This document shows, piece after piece, positions 36,953-45,498 of a stretch of DNA of 64,000 nucleotides. The first letter of the stretch is position 1, and each line of letters begins with the position of its first letter. A program made the translations under genes and the position numbers. Location of the stretch: assembly GCA_002436065.1 (NCBI GenBank), contig DIXP01000022.1, positions 63,172 through 127,171 of the forward strand, in the 5' to 3' direction. The DNA is from Chloroflexi bacterium UBA6077. GTDB lineage: Bacteria > Chloroflexota > UBA6077. Under the pieces are notes generated by a model. It was not told the DNA's origin, made no database searches, and worked only from the letters and a program-made list of their open reading frames with translations.

Positions 36953-38950
36953 TCAACTCTTGAAGCGATGGGACAACGTGATGGACAGCGCGGTAAGCGA
37001 TGCGTCGAGGATTGCGGTGCGGAAATCACCCGGCCGATTACAGTCTCCGATCAGCACATAAGGAATACCAGCTTCCTCGATGACTGGTACGGATTCGCGG
37101 TTGGGCTTTACCCCGAGGGCAAGGACGAGGAAATCACCGGCGGGGATCTCTCGCTGGTTGCCCTTGACGGAGGCGATGATCGTGTTGCCATCAACCCTCT
37201 GGACCCGTGCTTCTGTTAGGAGGGTGACTTCCTTCTCTTGCAATCGGAGCAGAAGATCCGTCCGGTTGTTTCTCGGCATGTCTGGGGCGACGGTGGGCAG
37301 CATTTCCAGCACTGTGACGTGGCAGGAGTGTTCCACCAATAACTCGGCCACTTCCAGACCCACCGAGCCTCCGCCTACGATGGTCACAGAGGATCCTGGG
37401 GGAATGCGTTCAGGTCCAGCAAGGAGATCCCATGCAGTCATGGTCGGCACAGGTAGATCTTGAAACATAGGGGGCACAAGGGGATTGGCGCCGGTTGCCA
37501 CCATCACCACGTCTGGGCCGAATTTCCGGAGGTTGTCCACCGTTACTGCCATTCCTACGCGGAGGGGAACGTCCAGCTTGCGGAGCTGCTGGTAGCGATA
37601 GGACCAGATACTTCGAATCTCCTGTTTATGGGGTGGTAATGCCGCCAGGCGAGATTGTCCCCCTACTTCTGATGACCTTTCCCATATCTCCACTGTATGG
37701 CCGCTGGCAGCTAGGAGTCGTGCGGCTTCCGCGCCTGCCACTCCTGCACCGAGGACGAGCACCCGCTCCTTGCTGCCTGAAGGGCGAAGCGAGCCTTCTG
37801 TGGCTCGGTCTTCTGGAGGATTGCAAGACTCCAACGACTCGAACTCAGTACCAACGAGTGGATTCTGGGCGCATGAAACATCCATCTCCCGTGTGAGTCG
37901 CTCGAAGCAGACGTTGCAGGAGATGCATTGCCTGATTGGTGTCTTCACCTCGCCGGTGGCTTTTCGAACCCAGTGAGCGTCTGCCCTGAGCGCACGGCCC
38001 AGCACAACGAAGTCTGCACTGCCGGCTTCGAGGACGGCCTCGGCATCAGCCGGCTCGATGATGCGCCCCGCCATTGCCACTGGGATCGATACAGCTCGCT
38101 TGATGGGTGCGGCGTAGGGTTCCAGGCAGCGTCTGGGCATGGAGGGCGGCTGAATACAGTAGCGAGATAGCGATGGGCTCTCGTTGCTGCCTCCAGATAG
38201 GTCTAATGCCGAGACCCCTTCCTGCTCCAGGGCCTGCGCCAGTTGGATCACCTCCTCCTGCGTATACCCATCGCCCTCGTATTCGGTAGCGCTGAGGCGC
38301 ACGATCAGAGGCAGGTCGGGCAGATGGTGCCGGATTCCCCCTATGGTCTCCAGGAGGAACCGCATACGGTTCTCCAGGCAGCCTCCATAGCGGTCGGTTC
38401 GCCTGTTTATCCGCCGGGAGAAGAACTGCTGGAAGAGATAGCCGTTGGCAGCGTGGATCTGGACGGCGTCGTATCCTGCCCGCGAGAGCCGGATAGTTGC
38501 CGACAGGAAATCGCGCTGGATCTCTCGGATCTCATCTATCCCCAGTTCGCGCACGGGGTCACCGGTGTTGGGGTTGACCCAGGGAGAAGGGCCCACCGGC
38601 TCCATGTTCAGGACCGAGCGACGGAGGAGCCCTCCCCGATGGCCGATCTGCGCGACCGCCAGGGAGCCATTGGAGTGAATGGCCTCGACGAGGCGTGCAA
38701 GGCCCGGGATGAAGCGGTCGTGGAAGACACCCATGGAGTGATGGTGGTTGCGCGACTTCTCGGACATCACCATCGCCTCGGTGACGATCATGGCGACGCC
38801 ACCTCGAGCACGTTCCGCATAATACAGCTTGTCCCGCTCAGTGGGGATGCCGTCGCTGGTGCCGAAGTTGGAGCCCATGGGACCCATGATGATTCGGTTC
38901 TTCAGTTGAAGTCTGCCAATCCGTCCAGGTTGCGCCAGAAGGGAAGCCAC
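36953..38950 (-). CDS. OYE-like FMN / Fe-S / FAD-NAD(P)H oxidoreductase (2,4-dienoyl-CoA reductase FadH-like)
   Basis: ORF 36953..39190, whose first 80 codons overlap the upstream PrpD gene. A GTG at 38950 lies 8 nt after GGAGG. LKNRIIMGPMG (OYE N-terminus), CISCNVCFERL...SCAQNP (4Fe-4S) and VLVLGAGVAGAEAA plus VTIVGGGSVGLEVA (two dinucleotide folds) are present. Confidence 0.8.
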   Translation of the reverse strand: MASLLAQPGRIGRLQLKNRIIMGPMGSNFGTSDGIPTERDKLYYAERARGGVAMIVTEAMVMSEKSRNHHHSMGVFHDRFIPGLARLVEAIHSNGSLAVAQIGHRGGLLRRSVLNMEPVGPSPWVNPNTGDPVRELGIDEIREIQRDFLSATIRLSRAGYDAVQIHAANGYLFQQFFSRRINRRTDRYGGCLENRMRFLLETIGGIRHHLPDLPLIVRLSATEYEGDGYTQEEVIQLAQALEQEGVSALDLSGGSNESPSLSRYCIQPPSMPRRCLEPYAAPIKRAVSIPVAMAGRIIEPADAEAVLEAGSADFVVLGRALRADAHWVRKATGEVKTPIRQCISCNVCFERLTREMDVSCAQNPLVGTEFESLESCNPPEDRATEGSLRPSGSKERVLVLGAGVAGAEAARLLAASGHTVEIWERSSEVGGQSRLAALPPHKQEIRSIWSYRYQQLRKLDVPLRVGMAVTVDNLRKFGPDVVMVATGANPLVPPMFQDLPVPTMTAWDLLAGPERIPPGSSVTIVGGGSVGLEVAELLVEHSCHVTVLEMLPTVAPDMPRNNRTDLLLRLQEKEVTLLTEARVQRVDGNTIIASVKGNQREIPAGDFLVLALGVKPNRESVPVIEEAGIPYVLIGDCNRPGDFRTAILDASLTALSITLSHRFKS

Positions 38951-38981
38951 CGACTTCACCTCCGTTCTCTGTTGCAAGATG

Positions 38982-40382
38982 CTATGGATTGAGTACCAGG
39001 AGCTTTGCCAAAGCAGAGGCGTCCGGCGCCTCCTCGAGGGTGGACACGAACTGCTCGATGCTGTCCAGCTGATCCGCTGGAAGCACCCTTCCGGCGATCC
39101 GCCGGAACTTCTCCACGATCTGCTCGGTTGGAGGCAGATTGGGTGGGACTCCTCGGGCGAAGCGCACCTCGGCCCTGGTCTGAGAGCCATCGTGCCGGGT
39201 CAACGTCACTTCCGATCCTCGCTGGGGGTTAGGTGGGGATTCGAAACGATCGTCCGCCTCGACGCGCACCTTTCCAGCCAGTGCCAGAAGGTCGGGACGT
39301 TTGATCTTCTCCTCGGTGAACTGGTCCACGAAGACCTCACCTTCCGTGATCAGCGCTGCCACGCAGTACTGCATGTTCATCTGCGCGGCGATGACCGTAC
39401 TGGGCTTGTACTCCCAGCCGGCATGCAGCCTCTGGAAGTCGGACGTGCGAATGACGATGGACTCTACCTCATCTGGCGATGTGGGTTGTAGTTTGAGTAT
39501 TTCGCGCACCGCATCGAGTGTGGTGTGGCTGGCGCCGACGCTGGAGTAGAACTTGAACCCCACATTCAGGATCTCATAACGGGTGCCCAGTCCAGAGGTA
39601 AGCGCGTCCAGGTCGTACGCATCGGAGATGGTCTGGGGATACCTGCCAAATCCGTCGTCCAGGATGTCCGGTATGCCGGTGAAGCCATCGGCTGCCAACC
39701 TTCCCGCGAGGACGCCCGCTTCTGCGGCATGCCCGCAAAAGAGCCGCTTGACCATGGCTCCGTATTGAGCCGCCATCAGCCCCGCCGGCATGGTTCCTCC
39801 GATCCCCAGACAGTGGCGGGTGGCGTCCAAAGGAAGGTTGAGCAGTCGAGCAGCAGTGGCTGAAGCCCCAAGGACTCCCGCCGTCCCGGTTGGATGCCAT
39901 CCCCTGTTGAATGCCGATACACCCTGGCACATTCCCACCCGGCACACCACTTCGTAACCAGCGGCCAGAGCGGTCAGCAGATCACGCCCGGTGACCCCAG
40001 ACTCCTCATCCGCGAGCGCCAGCGCTACCGGGAGCGTTATTGGACCGGGATGCAACTTTCCGGCTAGGTGAAGATCGTCTATCTCGAAGCTGTGTACCAT
40101 GGTGCCGTTGGCCAGGGCGGCATTGGCGGCGTTGGACGTCAACCGGCTTCCCCACACGGGACAGCTACCAGCCACCCTACCAGCATAGCCCGAGACTATC
40201 CGACCCCATGGGGTGATGGAGCCGTATATGCCGCTGCCCAGGGTGTCCAGAACGCAGAGTTTCAGACGGTCGATCACGGCGCTCGGCAGATGCTCGAAGC
40301 GGAGATTGCTGACGAACTCCGCTATCGCATCTGACCGGCCGCCAGCTTGTGCCGTTGGTGATGCATGGCTACTGTCGGCCAA
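38982..40382 (-). CDS. MmgE/PrpD-family protein, paralogue 3
   Basis: 466 aa. IAEFVSNLRFEHLPSAVIDRLKLCVLDTLGSGIYG, VHSFEIDDLH, HPGPITLPVALA and FKFYSSVGASHTTLDA match the family. Confidence 0.85.
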   Translation of the reverse strand: MADSSHASPTAQAGGRSDAIAEFVSNLRFEHLPSAVIDRLKLCVLDTLGSGIYGSITPWGRIVSGYAGRVAGSCPVWGSRLTSNAANAALANGTMVHSFEIDDLHLAGKLHPGPITLPVALALADEESGVTGRDLLTALAAGYEVVCRVGMCQGVSAFNRGWHPTGTAGVLGASATAARLLNLPLDATRHCLGIGGTMPAGLMAAQYGAMVKRLFCGHAAEAGVLAGRLAADGFTGIPDILDDGFGRYPQTISDAYDLDALTSGLGTRYEILNVGFKFYSSVGASHTTLDAVREILKLQPTSPDEVESIVIRTSDFQRLHAGWEYKPSTVIAAQMNMQYCVAALITEGEVFVDQFTEEKIKRPDLLALAGKVRVEADDRFESPPNPQRGSEVTLTRHDGSQTRAEVRFARGVPPNLPPTEQIVEKFRRIAGRVLPADQLDSIEQFVSTLEEAPDASALAKLLVLNP

Positions 40383-40483
40383 GGTATAACCCTCCTCTTA
40401 TTAACGTGAATAGCCTCTTGCCCGATGCTCCAGGGTCGTGTTCATGGCCACGGAATTCCTTTGTCTGCATCTGCTACGCCCTG

Positions 40484-41956
40484 CTACTCGCTTACCGACG
40501 AAGAGAACCTCCGGCTCATGACCAGGAAGCAGGCAGTCAACACAAGAAACACCAGGCAGATGGGTCTGGTGAAGAAGATGTCGAGTCCCCCAGCGGACAT
40601 CTGCAGTGACCCTCGAAGGAACTTCTCGAGCATGGGACCAAGGATGAAGCCCAGCACCATGGGAGCAGTTGGCCAGTTTCTGCTTCTCATGGCATATCCG
40701 ACCAGTCCGAACAGCACACAGCTCCATACGTCGAACATGCTGTTTCTAACGGAATAGGCACCGACGAAGCACACACCCAGGATGAAGGGACCCACAAAGC
40801 GGTAAGGGATGAGGGCCAGCCGCGCCCACAGCCCCACCAGCGGCAGGTTGAGCACAACCAGCGCTACGTTGCCGATGTACATGCTGGCGATGATGGTCCA
40901 CGCCAAATCCGGGTTCTTCATGAACAGCAACGGCCCCGGCTGGAGGCCGTATATCATGAAGGCCGCCAACAGGATTGCCAGGGTAGGGGTAGTGGGAATG
41001 CCGAGAGCCATCAGCGGTACGAATCCGGCGACAGCCACGGCGTTGTTCCCCGCTTCTGGAGAAGCCACTCCCTCGATGCAACCCTTTCCGAACCGCTCCG
41101 GATACTTGGATACCCGCTTTTCGACGTCGTAGCAGAGGAAGGTGACCACCGCCGGGACCATGCCGGGTAGGAGACCAAGGGCCAGCCCCAACCCTGTGCC
41201 TCTTAGGGTGGCGACCGCCGCTTTCCTCAGCTCCTCCCCTTGAGGGATAAAGCGCCCAAGGGAGCCCTTGTACACGCTTGCGATCCCTGCCTGAGCGCTG
41301 ATCAGCACTTCGGATATGCCAAACAGCCCCATGAAGACGGGTACGATGTCGAAGCCTCTCATCATCTCAACAGAACCGAAGGCGAGCCGCTGCCTGCCGC
41401 TCATGGGGTCGATGCCCGCGCTCGCCAAGAGCATGCCCAACAGTCCAACTATTACTCCCATGAGCAGGCTGCGGCCCGATAGGGACACCAGGGCAGTGAA
41501 GCTGAACAGCACGAGGCCAAAATACTCTGGCGGACCGAAGGCCAAGGCCATGTCAGCTAGTGGGGGTGCAGCGACCGAGAGCAGTATGATGCCCGCCGTT
41601 GCAGCAACAAAAGAGCCAATGGCCGCGACTGCCAGTGCCTCCCCAGCCCTTCCCTGCTTGGTCATTTCAAAGCCATCCAGGCAGGTGACGACTGAGGATG
41701 CCTCCCCTGGAACGCTTACCAGTATGCTGGTGGTGGAGCCGCCGTACATAGCTCCATAGTAGATGCCCGCGAGCATGACTATTGCCTCGGCCGGCTCCAG
41801 AAAAGCTGTCACGGGGAGTAGCATGGCCATGGTAGCCGCTGGCCCAAGTCCCGGGAGGACGCCGACAACAGTGCCCAAGAGCACGCCGACGAAGCAATAC
41901 AAAAGGGTGGCAGGATTCAGAGCTCCGGCAAAACCCTGTAGTAGTCCGGTATCCAT
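40484..41956 (-). CDS. tctA: tripartite tricarboxylate transporter large permease TctA (second copy)
   Basis: ORF 40484..42070. The internal ATG at 41956 (MDTGLLQGF...) overlaps the tctB stop by 1 nt. Polytopic protein of about 490 aa. Confidence 0.8.
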   Translation of the reverse strand: MDTGLLQGFAGALNPATLLYCFVGVLLGTVVGVLPGLGPAATMAMLLPVTAFLEPAEAIVMLAGIYYGAMYGGSTTSILVSVPGEASSVVTCLDGFEMTKQGRAGEALAVAAIGSFVAATAGIILLSVAAPPLADMALAFGPPEYFGLVLFSFTALVSLSGRSLLMGVIVGLLGMLLASAGIDPMSGRQRLAFGSVEMMRGFDIVPVFMGLFGISEVLISAQAGIASVYKGSLGRFIPQGEELRKAAVATLRGTGLGLALGLLPGMVPAVVTFLCYDVEKRVSKYPERFGKGCIEGVASPEAGNNAVAVAGFVPLMALGIPTTPTLAILLAAFMIYGLQPGPLLFMKNPDLAWTIIASMYIGNVALVVLNLPLVGLWARLALIPYRFVGPFILGVCFVGAYSVRNSMFDVWSCVLFGLVGYAMRSRNWPTAPMVLGFILGPMLEKFLRGSLQMSAGGLDIFFTRPICLVFLVLTACFLVMSRRFSSSVSE

Positions 41957-42432
41957 CAGCGCAGTATCCTCAATTCTGAAGCCCACTGAGGTTGGGGCAG
42001 AAGAAGCCCCCCGAGATCCGCAAACACGAATTGAAATGACAGGGCAAAGGCAATACCTATCAGGGTGCACTTGACCCAGGAGCTAACACCGAAGACGCGC
42101 AGGGTCAGTACGAAGAAGACCAAAGAGCCAATCGGATAGCTGATCAGGGGAATCACAGCTGGATAGAGAACGAGCAAGACCGACGTACGAGCGACGGGGC
42201 CAAATCGAGAAGAATCATCCGGCTTCTTTGCAGCTGTTGCTCGACCTCTCGACGAAACCAGATAGGCCAGTGCGCAGACCATCAGCGCGACGGAAATCGC
42301 AAAGAGATACCAGCCTGGACCCAAAGGCTCGGGCGTGACCAGCTCCTCTTGCGTTAGCCTCACCCCTTCCCAAGTGCCTGCAGCAGCGAGTCCGATTAGT
42401 AAGAGACCTTCCACGAGTGTTGCTGTACCCAC
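41956..42432 (-). CDS. tctB: tripartite tricarboxylate transporter small permease TctB (second copy)
   Basis: ORF 41956..42507. A GTG at 42432 lies 5 nt after AAGGAGG. About 158 aa with 4 TM segments. Confidence 0.6.
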   Translation of the reverse strand: MGTATLVEGLLLIGLAAAGTWEGVRLTQEELVTPEPLGPGWYLFAISVALMVCALAYLVSSRGRATAAKKPDDSSRFGPVARTSVLLVLYPAVIPLISYPIGSLVFFVLTLRVFGVSSWVKCTLIGIAFALSFQFVFADLGGLLLPQPQWASELRILR

Positions 42433-42519
42433 CAAGTCCTCCTTGCCGATACAGACCAGGTGCAATGGGCGGAGCCGCCTCAACCCTAAAGGCGGCTCCG
42501 CCCTCACTGTCTGAAGACC

Positions 42520-43530
42520 CTACTTGACTGGCAGGGCCTTGACCATCGCCAACTCTTTCACCACGAAGTCCTTGTATTCGTCTCCCCCCATGAACTTGGG
42601 TAGCATTCCTTGCTTATCCCACTGTGCCGCCAGTGCTGGATCCGTCATCACCGCTTTCACCTTCTCTGCCCAGACATCCGACACCTGCTTTGGCATGTTC
42701 TTGGGACCGGTGAAGCCTATCCAGAACGAGGAGCTGACAGAAGGCCATCCCTGCTCGGCGGTCGTCGGTGTGTCCTTCAGTACTGTCACGCGCTGGTCGC
42801 CTGCCACCGCAATCGGCCTGGCCTTTCCGGTGGCTACAGCCGCCGCTGTCACCGGAGCGGATGCCACGGCGATGTCGGCGTGCCCTCCCGCGATGGCCGG
42901 CGCAATCTCGCCGCCGCCCGCGAAAGTGACCATCTTGACCTTCGAAATGTCGACACCTTTGGCGCCCAGGGCCGCTCTCAGCTGCGCCATGGTTACGTCT
43001 ATTGGCGCGACGCCTCCCATCCAGGCGATCGTGACGCTGGCTGGGTCCTTGCGGATCGCTTCCTCGACATCGCCCAACGTCTTCCAGGGCTTTGCGGCGT
43101 TGACGTAGAAGGCGTTGGGTGCGATGGTGGCGAAGGCCAGGTAGCTTCTGTCCTGTACGTCGAAGGGCACATCTTTGCCCCATGCTGCCAGGACCGAGGA
43201 GCTAGCGCCGGAGTCCACGAGAACCGTGTAGCCGTCGGGCGCAGCCTGGAGCGCTTCGAGGGTTCCGGGGATTCCATTGCCGCCCTGCTTGTTGACGACG
43301 GTGATCGGGACCCCCATCTTCTCGGCCAGCGGGGTACATACCGCTCGGCCCATGGTGTCCTGCCCACCCCCAGCGGGCATGGGTACTATGGCAGTGATCG
43401 CCTTGGTGGGATACTTCTGTGCCGCAGGAGAAGCTCCGCACCCCGCGAGGCTCGCAACAAGAAATGTCGCCAACCCCATCCAAAGAATGATCCAGTGCTT
43501 AGGTCTTGCCGATTGTGAGTACCAGTTCAT
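42520..43530 (-). CDS. tctC: TctC/Bug-family substrate-binding lipoprotein
   Basis: 336 aa. Lipobox SLAGCG. AIVPMPAGGGQDTMGRAV is the Bug-family motif. Confidence 0.8.
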   Translation of the reverse strand: MNWYSQSARPKHWIILWMGLATFLVASLAGCGASPAAQKYPTKAITAIVPMPAGGGQDTMGRAVCTPLAEKMGVPITVVNKQGGNGIPGTLEALQAAPDGYTVLVDSGASSSVLAAWGKDVPFDVQDRSYLAFATIAPNAFYVNAAKPWKTLGDVEEAIRKDPASVTIAWMGGVAPIDVTMAQLRAALGAKGVDISKVKMVTFAGGGEIAPAIAGGHADIAVASAPVTAAAVATGKARPIAVAGDQRVTVLKDTPTTAEQGWPSVSSSFWIGFTGPKNMPKQVSDVWAEKVKAVMTDPALAAQWDKQGMLPKFMGGDEYKDFVVKELAMVKALPVK

Positions 43531-43923
43531 CGCCCCTCTCCTCTCTCAACTATGGGAAACGCCAAATGACGCCAGGCAACAAACATCGCCACGTTCTACA
43601 CCGGGACCCTTGCCATTTTCGGCTGAGCAGTAAGGTGCTGGCAGGCACGGTGCTGATGCGAGAGCCTCTGCTGCCACTGAGACTCTACCGAGCCGGCCCC
43701 CAACCTTATCTCAGATTCCGATTGATAATGTGCATGGCCAACCTGCAGGGCAGAATTGAAGGTGTCCGATAGCTGCGTCGGTACAGCGCACCAACTCCAC
43801 GTTTCTCGCGGGCCACTATATCGTGGCGAACGCTGAATGGCCTACTGCCACCAACTTCTCCAGAGGCTGGCTCCCTGACGGGGTCGATCCTGATGGTGAG
43901 ACTACACGAGGGTGAACATGCGG

Positions 43924-43957
43924 CCGAAGAATATAATATATTCTTCGGATCTGTCAA
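43924..43957 (-). promoter_or_regulatory. sigma-70-type promoter (TTGACA-N16-TATATT) overlapped by a 25-bp perfect palindrome
   Basis: The -35 TTGACA on the minus strand is the reverse complement of 43952-43957. The -10 TATATT lies inside the palindrome CCGAAGAATATA-a-TATATTCTTCGG (43924-43948). It points toward the tctC at 43530. Confidence 0.55.
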
Positions 43958-44102
43958 GATGTTGGCTTGCCCAATATGGACGTTCGGAGTGACCTTGATG
44001 ATGGCCGCACACCTCCGCGTCTTGAGGCCCGAGCTGTATCGTTTCTGAGGGAGATCCAGGGTTACTGAAGTCGAAGCCGGACGGAAGGGGTTAGTACGAA
44101 GT

Positions 44103-44150
44103 AGGAAAAACGTCCAGCCGCTTTGCCTGGATGCAAAGCGGCTGGACGTT
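44103..44150 (-). terminator. rho-independent terminator after tctC (44162)
   Basis: Perfect 18-bp stem (44109-44126 / 44133-44150), 6-nt loop, followed on the minus strand by TTTTTCC. Confidence 0.8.
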
Positions 44151-44161
44151 CCGTTGCGGCG

Positions 44162-45286
44162 CTACTGCGCCTTGCCCGCCACGACCAGCGGACGTGCCCA
44201 CTCCTCAGCCTCGGCCAACCACTTGTCGAAGTCCGATGGACCGAGATACCTGGGGATCATGCTGACGCTGGCGATCTTGTCCTTGTACTCTTGAGAGGCA
44301 ACGGCCTTCTTGGCTGATTGCGCCAGTACGTCCACGATCTCGGGTGGAGTACCGGTTGGCGCTACGAAGCCATAGCTGGAGTAAGCGGTCGCCTTGTATC
44401 CTTGGGATTCCACGGTCGACACGCCCGGCAGGTACGGGCTCGCCTCATGGTCCATCACCCCAAGGAGTCGCAGCGCTCCCGTCTTGTGGTGGGGTGCGGT
44501 GTTACCCACGAGGTTGAACTGACCCTCCGCGTGGCCGCCGAGGACCGCGGTGTTCGCCTCATTACCGCCTGGGAAGTGTACGTAGGCGAACTTGATGCCC
44601 GCGGCCTGCTCGAAGGCTATGCCCCCCAGATGGAGAATGCTGAGCGGCCCATTGGTTGTCATCCTGATCTTCTCCGGTGCAGCCTTGGCCGCGTCGGCCA
44701 GGTCCTTCATGGACTTGAAAGGCTGCTCCGTGTTCACCGCTACCGACACGACGTCCTGGGAGAAGAGGGCGATCGGCTGAAAAGCCTTGCGAGTGTAGGT
44801 GGCTTTCATACTGGTGTCCAGGTAGGTCACCGTGGTGGTTGGCAGCAGGAATACCCCCAGGGTGTATCCGTCGGGCTTGGCGTTCGCCACCTCCGTCATT
44901 CCGATCATGCTGCTGGCCCCGGCCTTGTTGGTGATTGGCATCGAGATGCCCAGATCCTTTTCCATCAGGGATGCCAGGATCCTGGCGCTGGTGTCGGCCA
45001 CGCCGCCAGCCGTCACGGGGACGATGACGTTGATGCTCCTTCCCTTGGCCGGAAAGTCGATACTCTTGGCTGCTGGAGCCGTGGTCGGCTCGGGCGCCTT
45101 GGTGGGCGCGGCCGTGGCCACGGCGGGTGCGGTGGTAGCAGCGGCAGCAGGAGCCTTGGTAGCCGCAGCTGCGGGAGCCTTAGTGGGAGTGGGCGCCGGC
45201 GCGGGGGTTGAGCAGGCGCCGGTTAGTAGGAGACCTCCTACCAGAAGAGACGCCAACAGCAGAACTGGCATGTTGCGCGGAGACAT
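44162..45286 (-). CDS. tctC: TctC/Bug-family substrate-binding lipoprotein with long Ala/Pro/Thr linker (orphan SBP)
   Basis: ORF 44162..45340. An ATG at 45286 is preceded by GAGGAGG. Lipobox LLTGAC, a linker TPAPAPTPTKAPAAAATKAPAAAATTAPAVATAAPTKAPEPTTAPAAK, then VIVPVTAGGVADTSARIL. Confidence 0.8.
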   Translation of the reverse strand: MSPRNMPVLLLASLLVGGLLLTGACSTPAPAPTPTKAPAAAATKAPAAAATTAPAVATAAPTKAPEPTTAPAAKSIDFPAKGRSINVIVPVTAGGVADTSARILASLMEKDLGISMPITNKAGASSMIGMTEVANAKPDGYTLGVFLLPTTTVTYLDTSMKATYTRKAFQPIALFSQDVVSVAVNTEQPFKSMKDLADAAKAAPEKIRMTTNGPLSILHLGGIAFEQAAGIKFAYVHFPGGNEANTAVLGGHAEGQFNLVGNTAPHHKTGALRLLGVMDHEASPYLPGVSTVESQGYKATAYSSYGFVAPTGTPPEIVDVLAQSAKKAVASQEYKDKIASVSMIPRYLGPSDFDKWLAEAEEWARPLVVAGKAQ

Positions 45287-45372
45287 TGGCAACCTCCTCA
45301 TCTCTACATTGAAGACAGAGCCCACGGAGCCAGCCACCACGCCGCGTACTCGACCAAGCTGGTTTCGACAGC

Positions 45373-45402
45373 TGTCATCCTGAGCGGTAGCTAAGGATCC
45401 CC
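45373..45402. repeat. solo copy of the GTCATCCTGAG...AAGGATC repeat unit
   Basis: gtcatcctgagcggtagctaaggatcccc can be compared with gtcatcctgaggcgccgcagcgccgaaggatctcc at 3223-3257. Confidence 0.6.
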
Positions 45403-45498
45403 TGTTACAGGTAGACGCCTCTTGCCAAGTTGATCATGACATCGCCTGGCAGGATCAGCTTGGCGGACCACATGCGGGATAGTCGTGATGTAGAAAGG

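Noticed and set aside
38951-39190. 80-codon N-terminal extension of ORF 36953..39190 (Arg/Ser/Pro-rich).
   Set aside because: It overlaps the 3' end of the upstream PrpD-family gene in another frame and has shadow-frame composition. The OYE homology begins right after a GTG (38950) with a well-spaced GGAGG.
43706-43957. 83-aa minus-strand ORF in the module-B leader.
   Set aside because: Its TTG start codon is the first three bases of the -35 box (TTGACA) and it reads through the operator palindrome. It has no RBS and an implausible composition.
45060-45210. Repetitive GC-rich DNA (GGAGCCTTRGT-type units) noticed as a possible tandem repeat or VNTR.
   Set aside because: It encodes the Ala/Pro/Thr-rich lipoprotein tether of TctC (TKAPAAAATKAPAAAATT). 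This is low-complexity coding sequence rather than a separate repeat element.
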